Below are positions 1 to 6,821 of a stretch of DNA of 64,000 bases, one piece after another. The notes beneath the pieces are model-generated. The model saw only the letters and a program-made list of their open reading frames with translations. It did not search any database and was not told the origin of the DNA. The stretch is taken from the NCBI GenBank assembly GCA_027322505.1, contig DAHVRJ010000136.1:8935-72934 (forward strand), given 5' to 3'. This DNA is from Demequinaceae bacterium. Its GTDB lineage: Bacteria > Actinomycetota > Actinomycetes > Actinomycetales > JAJYRW01. The position numbers and the translations under genes are program-made. How positions within the stretch are numbered: the first letter of the stretch is position 1; the number at the start of each line of letters is the position of its first letter.

Positions 1-2388
1 GGTGGGTTCCAGCCGGCCCGAAATTGTGAGCAGCAGCGCGCTGAGTTGTTCGGAGTTTTTGGCGTAAACGCGCGCGTGGCTGGCCTGCGGGATGGCCAGG
101 TTCACGTCGCGGTAGATGGTGCTGGCGGGGTCTTGCGGGTCGATAAGTGTGAGCCCTTCGGCCACTACCAGGTCGGTGTTATCGGGGGCGGGCCACTGGC
201 GCAGTTCCAGTTCGTGGGTGATGCCCTCACCCTCCACATCAAAGGAGGGCATGGCCTTATCGAGCCAGGCGGGAATCCACCAGGCGCGATCCCCCAGTAA
301 TTGCAGGACGGCTGGTACGAGGGTCATGCGCACCAAGAAGGCATCCACAAATACGCCCACAGCCAGTCCCAGTGCGATGGGTTTGATGTTGGTATCGCCC
401 TCGGGGACGAAAGCTAGGAAGACTGCCACCATGATCACGGCCGCGGCGGTAACCACTTTGGCGGTGGAAACAAACCCGGTTTCGATGCTGCGGCGCGCGT
501 CGCGGGTGTGGACGTAATCCTCGCGAATGCGCGAAACCAGGAAGACCTGATAGTCCATCGCCAGGCCAAAAAGAACACCCATGACAACAATGGGCATGAA
601 ACTGATGACCGGTCCCAGGCGCGCCAGGTTCAAAATCGTTGCCATGAAGCCGTCTTCAAAGACGAGGGCAACCACGCCAAAGGCCGCGCCCACACTAAGT
701 AGATAGCCCAGCGTTGCTTTGATGGGAACGGCGATGGAGCGAAATACCATCGTCAGCAAAATAAGTGACAACCCCACAACAACGATCGCAAATGGCAACA
801 GCGCATCGCCGAGCTTGTCGGAAACGTCAATCCCGACGGCGGTGAAGCCGGTTACAGACAAGTCAAAATGGTGCTCAGCCAAGATGCGCGGCTGCATTTC
901 GCGCAAATCATTGACGAGATCTTTGGTTGCTTGCGAATCCGGCGCGCCGGTGGGAACGACCTGGATGATGCCGGTGTCAGCGGTTTCATTCGGCGTGGCC
1001 AGCGGAATGTCGGCCACCCCGTCGAGGGTCTCGATTTCATCGGCAACCGATTCGATTAAGCCAACCGGGTCATCGCTGGTAATGAGCGAACCGGTGACGA
1101 TGAGGGGGCCATTAAAGCCGGGACCAAAGTGTTCATCTACCAGGTCATAGGTAACGCGCGCCGGGTCGTCAGATGCCAGCGAGGACGCGTCGGGCAGCGC
1201 CAAGCGCAAGTGCAGGGCGGGGAACGCGGCGATACCCACGACGGCCAGCACCGCAATAATTGTCAAAATGGGCCGACGCGTGGCGGCGCGGACCCAGCCG
1301 CGGAAGAAGCCAGCCGACCGGGAGGGCCGGGGTTGGGTGGACTTTGATTTTTTCGAGTTGCGGCCGGGGGCAATTTTCATTCCGGCCGCCCCCAACAGCG
1401 CGGGCAACAGCGTGATGGAAACCAACACGGCAATGCCAACTGCTGCTGATGCTGCAATACCCATCGTGGTCAGGAACGGAATTCCGGCCACGCCCAGACC
1501 CAGTAGGGCGATCATGACCGTAAGTCCGGCAAAAACCACGGCGGAGCCGGCCGTTGCCACGGCTCGGCCAATAGATTCTTCCAGTTCGACACCGCTGCGC
1601 AGCTGGTCTTGATGGCGGGCGACGATGAACAGTGCGTAGTCAATTCCGACGGCCAGGCCGAGCATGAGGGAAAGCATGGGGGTGGTGGAGTTGATTTGGC
1701 CAAATGCCGTCGCCGCAAAAATCAGCAGTGTGGAGATTCCCACGCCGACCAGGGCGTTCAGCAGGGGCATTCCTGCGGCGATAAAGGAGCCAAGCGTAAT
1801 GATCAGCACGATCATGGCAACTGCGACGCCGAGCAACTCCGATGCGCTCAAGCCCGGGAACTCGTTGCTAAAGAGTTCGCCACCCAGGGCAGATTGTGCC
1901 GCCTCGGGCAAAGCAGCGTCCAGGTCGGCGGCCACGTTGGAGAGTTCATCTTTTACCGAGTCGCTGATATCGGTGAATGCGGCGTCCATCTGAATGTTGA
2001 TGATGGCGGCGCTTTCATCATCACTTATGGCGCCCTCGCCCAGCATTTCGTCAAACGGGGAGGCAGCTTGGGCGACCGAGTCGATGTTTTCCAGCTCGGC
2101 TACCGCATCGGTTATCGGATCGGTGACATCGGAATCGTGGACGGTTTCACCCTCGGGGGCGACCACGATCATCTGCGCGGATGCGCCGCTGACCTGCGGG
2201 AACGTGGCTTCCAGCGTGTCGAGGGCCTCTTGCGATTCGGTTCCGGGAATTGAAACTCCGTCGTCCATTCCGTCGCCAAACAGGGCCGCGAGCCCGCCCA
2301 ACAGAACTAGTAGGGCCAGCCACCCGACGAAGACTTTGGCGCGCGAACGGGCCGCCCAGCGTCCTAGGGAATAGAGCGCAGATGACAC
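1..2388 (-). CDS. MMPL family (RND superfamily) membrane transporter, 3' end beyond window edge. The last ~75 in-window codons resemble a degenerate ABC nucleotide-binding domain
   Basis: The minus frame is open from GTG at 2388 to position 1. It is not in the ORF track, presumably because there is no in-window stop. Hand translation gives MSSALYSLGRWAARSRAKVFVGWLALLVLLGG..., ...GMPLLNALVGVGISTLLIF...LGLAVGIDYALFIVARHQDQL..., and in the second half ...VMGVLFGLAMDYQVFLVSRIREDY...LVPAVLQLLGDRAWWIPAWLD. This is the duplicated MMPL transmembrane block pattern. Confidence 0.85.
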   Translation of the reverse strand, partial: MSSALYSLGRWAARSRAKVFVGWLALLVLLGGLAALFGDGMDDGVSIPGTESQEALDTLEATFPQVSGASAQMIVVAPEGETVHDSDVTDPITDAVAELENIDSVAQAASPFDEMLGEGAISDDESAAIINIQMDAAFTDISDSVKDELSNVAADLDAALPEAAQSALGGELFSNEFPGLSASELLGVAVAMIVLIITLGSFIAAGMPLLNALVGVGISTLLIFAATAFGQINSTTPMLSLMLGLAVGIDYALFIVARHQDQLRSGVELEESIGRAVATAGSAVVFAGLTVMIALLGLGVAGIPFLTTMGIAASAAVGIAVLVSITLLPALLGAAGMKIAPGRNSKKSKSTQPRPSRSAGFFRGWVRAATRRPILTIIAVLAVVGIAAFPALHLRLALPDASSLASDDPARVTYDLVDEHFGPGFNGPLIVTGSLITSDDPVGLIESVADEIETLDGVADIPLATPNETADTGIIQVVPTGAPDSQATKDLVNDLREMQPRILAEHHFDLSVTGFTAVGIDVSDKLGDALLPFAIVVVGLSLILLTMVFRSIAVPIKATLGYLLSVGAAFGVVALVFEDGFMATILNLARLGPVISFMPIVVMGVLFGLAMDYQVFLVSRIREDYVHTRDARRSIETGFVSTAKVVTAAAVIMVAVFLAFVPEGDTNIKPIALGLAVGVFVDAFLVRMTLVPAVLQLLGDRAWWIPAWLDKAMPSFDVEGEGITHELELRQWPAPDNTDLVVAEGLTLIDPQDPASTIYRDVNLAIPQASHARVYAKNSEQLSALLLTISGRLEPT

Positions 2389-2420
2389 ACGATCTCCCGA
2401 AAAAATTAAATAAGAACGTC

Positions 2421-2470
2421 GATACAGTGTTGTATCCGATACGCAACTGTATGGGATACAATTTTGTATC
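2421..2470. promoter_or_regulatory. Putative TetR operator array: three 16-bp dyads GATACA-N4-TGTATC spaced every 17 bp
   Basis: GATACAGTGTTGTATC 2421-2436 (perfect), GATACGCAACTGTATG 2438-2453 (imperfect) and GATACAATTTTGTATC 2455-2470 (perfect). All lie in the 109-bp divergent spacer between the MMPL start (2388) and the TetR start (2498). Confidence 0.55.
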
Positions 2471-2497
2471 GCAAACTTCCCCAAGGAGATCCATTCA

Positions 2498-3160
2498 ATG
2501 GGAGAAACCATCAGCGAAGTACCGGCAACAGCGCGGCGGCAGCGCACGCGTGAGCGTTTAATGGACGCCGCACATAAATTATTTGCCAGCCAGGGCGTGC
2601 ACGCGGTGTCGATCGAAGCCATTGCCGAGGCGGCCGGCTATACGCGCGGGGCTTTCTACTCGAACTTCGCGAGCAAAAACGAGCTGTTTTTTGCAATGAT
2701 GCGCCGCGAAATCGAGGTGCAGCTAGACCGACTGCGCGCGGCTATTGCGCGCAACTCGGATCTGGGAACCGGGCGCGCCACCCTCGAAAGCGGCTTCCTC
2801 GCTGAGGTCATTCAGGAAATTTTCAGCGCCCTACCCGATGACCGGACTTGGACGCTCATTCACAGCGAGTTTGAACTCCTGGCGCTGCGTGATCCAGCGG
2901 CGGCGCCCGAATTTTTAGCCAATGAAGCCCTCTTTCGCACCGAGCTATCCGAAGTGCTTGTTGCGACGGCCGCCACACTGGGATTGCGCTTTCGCATCGA
3001 CCCGCTCCTGGTAACAGATCTCGTACTGGCCCAGGGCAAGCAAGCGATGCGCGAAATGATCTTGCGCGGGGCCGAAGATCCAGCGATTGCCACCCACGAC
3101 ATCGTCTTGAAGACAATGCCGGCGGTGTTACAACAGCTCTTGGAGCCGATTGAGCCGTAG
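2498..3160 (+). CDS. TetR/AcrR family transcriptional regulator
   Basis: N-terminal HTH RERLMDAAHKLFASQGVHAVSIEAIAEAAGYTRGAFYSNFASKNELF. AAGGAG RBS at 2483-2488. Divergent from the MMPL gene. Confidence 0.9.
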   Translation: MGETISEVPATARRQRTRERLMDAAHKLFASQGVHAVSIEAIAEAAGYTRGAFYSNFASKNELFFAMMRREIEVQLDRLRAAIARNSDLGTGRATLESGFLAEVIQEIFSALPDDRTWTLIHSEFELLALRDPAAAPEFLANEALFRTELSEVLVATAATLGLRFRIDPLLVTDLVLAQGKQAMREMILRGAEDPAIATHDIVLKTMPAVLQQLLEPIEP

Positions 3161-3173
3161 CGGGCGCGGTGCT

Positions 3174-3265
3174 GGGTCTGGTGCCGGGTTTGACGCCGGG
3201 GTCTTGGCGCCCCGGGTCTGGTGCCGGGTCTTGGCGCCCGGGTCTGGTGCCGGGTCTTGGCGTCC
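3174..3265. repeat. Intergenic tandem repeat (26-bp unit GGGTCTGGTGCCGGGTCTTGGCGCCC, about 3.5 copies)
   Basis: Copies at 3214-3239 (consensus) and 3240-3265 (1 mismatch), plus a diverged 40-nt copy at 3174-3213. Lies between the convergent TetR and methyltransferase genes. Confidence 0.8.
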
Positions 3266-3390
3266 GGTTTCGTGCGCGTTTGGCGGCGCGAATCCTCCCG
3301 TGTAGCCAGAGTTGCACCATGCAGGCAAATGGCCACACACCAGGAATTCAGTGTCGGCTCGTGCGCCGCGGACGCGGACCAACGAGTGCC

Positions 3391-3530
3391 GCAACTCGGA
3401 CGGCTAGATGCAAACTCGGACCACTAAGCGCCGCGACTCGCACCCCAGGGCCGCCTCGCACCGCCCAGGTCCGCCGCGTGCCGCCCGGCGCCGCCGACTC
3501 GCACCCCAAGGCCGACTCGCACCGGGAAAA
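3391..3530. repeat. Degenerate iterated motif (A/G)ACTCG(G/C)AC, including a ~35-bp duplication
   Basis: AACTCGGAC occurs twice. CGACTCGCACCCCAGGGCCGCCTCGCACCG (about 3434-3463) recurs as CGACTCGCACCCCAAGGCCGACTCGCACCG (about 3495-3524). No credible ORF. Confidence 0.5.
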
Positions 3531-3543
3531 TACACGCGCGCTG

Positions 3544-4422
3544 CTAAGAATCCACGCGCGCCTCGATCGCCAGGAATCGTGGGAATGGGAAAACGGAGCG
3601 GGGCTCCGTTCCCCGCAACTCCTCCATCCGAGTTATCACCATTCCCGCCTGGGTGAACGCCGATATATAGCGAGAAACCGGGCGATGGATGTGAGTCGTA
3701 GCCGATTTGAAACTTCGGTTATTGACCACGTAGGGCGCCTCAATGAATGTTTCATTGCCGTAGCTGAATGATTCTTTGCCGGCATAGCCCAAATAGAGCG
3801 GCCAAAATGCTGGATGCGCAATTGTGGCGACAAACCGCCCACCGGGGACCAAGCGCGCTACGCCTTTGAGTAAGCCGTCTAAATCTGGCGCGTCCATTAG
3901 CACCATGTTGGCAACCGCTAAATCGAAGCGCTGCGAAGGATTTTGGGCGGCAAAACTCTCCAGGGTTCCCACGTGATAGGTCTCGTGCGGGTTTGATGCT
4001 CGAGCCAGCGCGATGGATTTCGGACTCGGGTCCACACCCACAACGTGAACAGTTTGCGATTGGCGGGTTTCATCCCTGTTGCCCAAATCGCCCGCTGGGT
4101 TATCCAAATCTGCCGCTAGGTTAGCCAAATCGTCCGCTAGGGGATCGTCATCTGACTGGCGTGCGGCTTGAGCTCCATTCGAGGCGCGCGCTCCTCGCGC
4201 ACCGGCCAAACGCAGCGTCTGGGTCAATCGGCCTGAGCCGCAGCCCACGTCCAAAATTCGTTTCGCGCCATTAACCGCTGCCCCAATCCACGGGCGTAAA
4301 ACTTGTAAGAAAGAAACGTCTCCCGCCCGCTGTTGGGCATCGCGGGCTGGCACGATCACATCCCACTCGCGGTTAATCTCAGCCTGAGTTTTTTGGGAGG
4401 TGAACTTAATCTCATGAAGCAT
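3544..4422 (-). CDS. Class I SAM-dependent methyltransferase with an acidic insertion after motif I
   Basis: Motifs ILDVGCGSGRLTQ, VVGVDPSPKSIALAR, FDLAVANMVLMDAPD and LVPGGRFV. I prefer the ATG at 4422 (MLHEIKF...), which is preceded by AGGACG. The track ORF extends to 4548. Confidence 0.8.
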   Translation of the reverse strand: MLHEIKFTSQKTQAEINREWDVIVPARDAQQRAGDVSFLQVLRPWIGAAVNGAKRILDVGCGSGRLTQTLRLAGARGARASNGAQAARQSDDDPLADDLANLAADLDNPAGDLGNRDETRQSQTVHVVGVDPSPKSIALARASNPHETYHVGTLESFAAQNPSQRFDLAVANMVLMDAPDLDGLLKGVARLVPGGRFVATIAHPAFWPLYLGYAGKESFSYGNETFIEAPYVVNNRSFKSATTHIHRPVSRYISAFTQAGMVITRMEELRGTEPRSVFPFPRFLAIEARVDS

Positions 4423-4841
4423 GTGTCGTCGTCCTAAAGCGGTAAAAACCGCATTAATAAGCCCAGCCGGGCGGCAAATCACAGGAAGAGCACGCGGCAA
4501 AACACGACCGGGCCGAGGGAAAAATCGAGAAAAGAGCGGGATCAACACCCGCGAATTAGCGCGGAATTAACACTCGAATTTCAAAGGCGACAACAGCCAG
4601 CGACAATCTGGGCACGAATGTAGACAGCAGCACGAGGGGTCGATATCAGACCGGGCACTGCTTCTCCCTTCTCATCGCGGTGTGAGTGAATGTGATTGAG
4701 ATTGACGTAAGTTAATCATGATGTCAAGGGGGGCGGTGCATGCAGTCGGGGCGATAGTCGAAGTTCGCGCCGAAAAGCGGTTGCTCGATGCGCGCGGCTT
4801 GGGGGAATGTTCTACCTTGGAGGCAGACTTGAAGGAGTAAT

Positions 4842-5393
4842 GTGCGTCGAATATTTGCCATGCCATTTGTTCTAGCCAGCGCGATCGTTTTAGCTGCCTG
4901 CGCTGGCGAAAGTAACGAAAAAGCAGCAGATCCGCACCCGGAGTCAATTGCCACATCGGGCGCGCGGGCCGATGAGGACAATCTCGGCTTCCCGCTGCCT
5001 GAAGAAGAGGAAATGATTGTTGATGTGCGCCCCGATGCGTATCCGGCCGAACTAACGCTGGTGACCTGGGGTAGCTCGGCCTGCCCCACAGTTCCAACGA
5101 GTGTCTCGTGGGCCGGCTCCAGCACGATCGTGCTCGCAATTACTAGCGACTACGGGGATCAAGCCTGCACCGCAGATATGGTCCCTTGGGCCTCCATAGT
5201 TGAGTTGCCGCCGCGGAAAGAGGGTGGCGAAATTACTGAGGTGCGCGTCGAAGGTAAAGACGTAAATTTCCTGGTCAATGGCGCTGAAGTCAATGGCGAT
5301 GGTGATGAAAACGGCGCCGATGAAGACGGAGACCAAGGCGACGGCGATGGCGACAGTGATACCGACGACAACGGGGATGACAAAGACGATTAG
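4842..5393 (+). CDS. Hypothetical lipoprotein with poly-acidic C-terminal tail
   Basis: Signal peptide plus lipobox MRRIFAMPFVLASAIVLAAC. AAGGAG RBS upstream of the GTG start. The tail reads NGDGDENGADEDGDQGDGDGDSDTDDNGDDKDD. Confidence 0.7.
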   Translation: MRRIFAMPFVLASAIVLAACAGESNEKAADPHPESIATSGARADEDNLGFPLPEEEEMIVDVRPDAYPAELTLVTWGSSACPTVPTSVSWAGSSTIVLAITSDYGDQACTADMVPWASIVELPPRKEGGEITEVRVEGKDVNFLVNGAEVNGDGDENGADEDGDQGDGDGDSDTDDNGDDKDD

Positions 5394-5505
5394 GCGCCAA
5401 AATAGGGCCGATTCGTAAAGACGGCTAAGCCCGCCAGATTCGTAAAAGCGCCTAAGCGCGGCACCCAGAGCTCACTCCGCGATTTTCAACACGCCAACGG
5501 CAAAC

Positions 5506-5537
5506 TATTCACCCAGAGTATTCACCGGGTGTATAGT
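5506..5537 (+). promoter_or_regulatory. Candidate padR promoter: direct repeats TATTCACC x2 plus a -10 TATAGT giving a leaderless transcript
   Basis: TATTCACC at 5506-5513 and 5519-5526. TATAGT at 5532-5537, 7 nt before the ATG at 5545. No SD sequence is present. Confidence 0.4.
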
Positions 5538-5544
5538 CGCCGTC

Positions 5545-6075
5545 ATGTCACTTCGCCACACGCTCCTTGGGCTGCTCGAACCCGCCCCTGCCCACGGATA
5601 TTCCCTAAAAACTGCTTATGACTCCCATTTTGGCTCCGCTCGCGATGTCAAATACGGTCAGATTTACGCGACACTGGCGCGCCTGGAGCGCGACGGACTG
5701 GCCCACACCGTTGCCTTCGAATCGGGCGAAGGCCCCGACCGGCGCAACTATGCAATCACCGAATCTGGCATCACCGAACTCGAAGAGTGGCTTTACCAGG
5801 CCGAGCCCGTCCGGCCTGCCGCTCCCAGCGAACTGTTCGTCAAAGTAACGCTCGCGCTGGTATCTGGCCGCCCAGCAGCCGAAATCCTCGACGCCCAGCG
5901 CTCCGTTTATCTCACCCGCATGCGCGAACTTGCGCGCTTGCGCCGCAGCGCTGATTTACCCACGCAACTGGCAGCCGACTTCGAAACTGCCCACCTCAAA
6001 GCCGATCTGGAATGGATTGATGTGGCGGGCCAACGCCTGGACCGCTGGAAAACCGCACTGGAGAAAACGAAATGA
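5545..6075 (+). CDS. PadR family transcriptional regulator
   Basis: LLGLLEPAPAHGYSLKTAY...GQIYATLARLERDGL winged-helix pattern. Its stop overlaps the next start (ATGA at 6072). Confidence 0.9.
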   Translation: MSLRHTLLGLLEPAPAHGYSLKTAYDSHFGSARDVKYGQIYATLARLERDGLAHTVAFESGEGPDRRNYAITESGITELEEWLYQAEPVRPAAPSELFVKVTLALVSGRPAAEILDAQRSVYLTRMRELARLRRSADLPTQLAADFETAHLKADLEWIDVAGQRLDRWKTALEKTK

Positions 6076-6821
6076 AACCGTCCACCACAGATCCGCTCAG
6101 CGCCCGCTCGAACCAGCCGATTCCGCGCATCACCGGCAATGATCTCGCGCTGGCGTTTGGTCAAACCCAGGCTCTGGGCGGCGTCAATGTTGACGTCAAC
6201 CCGGGTGAAGTGCTCGCCGTAATGGGACCAAGCGGGTCGGGAAAGTCCACACTCTTACACGTTCTGGCCGGCATTTTGCGCCCCGACGCCGGTGAGGTGA
6301 TCTACCGGGGTAGGAAGCTCAGTGAACTCTCCGCGCGGCGCCGCGATGCCATTCGGCTGCGAGAATTCGGGTTCATTTTTCAATTCGGCGACCTAATTCC
6401 CGAGTTGTCGCTGGCGGAAAACGTAGCGCTTCCCTTACTCATGACTGGAATGCGCCGCCGCCGAGCGATGCGCCGCGCCCGGTGGATGCTGGAGCGACTG
6501 GAGATCGCTGATGTGGCAGATCACAGCGCCGCTCAGGCCTCGGGCGGTCAGGTTCAGCGCGCCGCCGTGGGCCGAGCCCTGGTTCATCGGCCTTCCGTGG
6601 TTTTCGCCGATGAGCCCACCGGCGCGCTGGATACGGTCACGGGCGAGCTGGTGTTGACGGCGCTGGTTGATCTGGCGCGCGAGCATGATTCTTCCGTCGT
6701 ACTCGTGACGCATGCGGTGGATGTCGCCGCCGTTTCCGATCGCGAGATCGTCATTCGCGACGGGAAAATTGCCGTACCAAAACAGTTTCGGCCGCTAAGT
6801 GCGCTGGAGCAGGTGCGTTAG
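6072..6821 (+). CDS. ABC transporter ATP-binding protein (MacB/LolD-like)
   Basis: Walker A GPSGSGKST, signature SGGQVQR, Walker B VVFADEPTGALD. Confidence 0.92.
   Translation: MKPSTTDPLSARSNQPIPRITGNDLALAFGQTQALGGVNVDVNPGEVLAVMGPSGSGKSTLLHVLAGILRPDAGEVIYRGRKLSELSARRRDAIRLREFGFIFQFGDLIPELSLAENVALPLLMTGMRRRRAMRRARWMLERLEIADVADHSAAQASGGQVQRAAVGRALVHRPSVVFADEPTGALDTVTGELVLTALVDLAREHDSSVVLVTHAVDVAAVSDREIVIRDGKIAVPKQFRPLSALEQVR

Noticed and set aside
3174-3265. Possible CRISPR array.
   Set aside because: The repeats are directly tandem with no unique spacers between them. No cas genes are in the window.
3169-3771. 200-aa plus-strand ORF, together with 88- to 160-aa minus-strand ORFs, across the repeat-rich spacer.
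   Set aside because: The translations are dominated by repeat-derived G/P/R strings, have no RBS, and run antisense into the methyltransferase gene. I treat the region as non-coding repeats.
4549-4841. Possible riboswitch or sRNA in the 293-bp leader of the lipoprotein gene.
   Set aside because: I could not recognise any known riboswitch core or a convincing conserved hairpin set. A covariance-model scan would be needed to test this.
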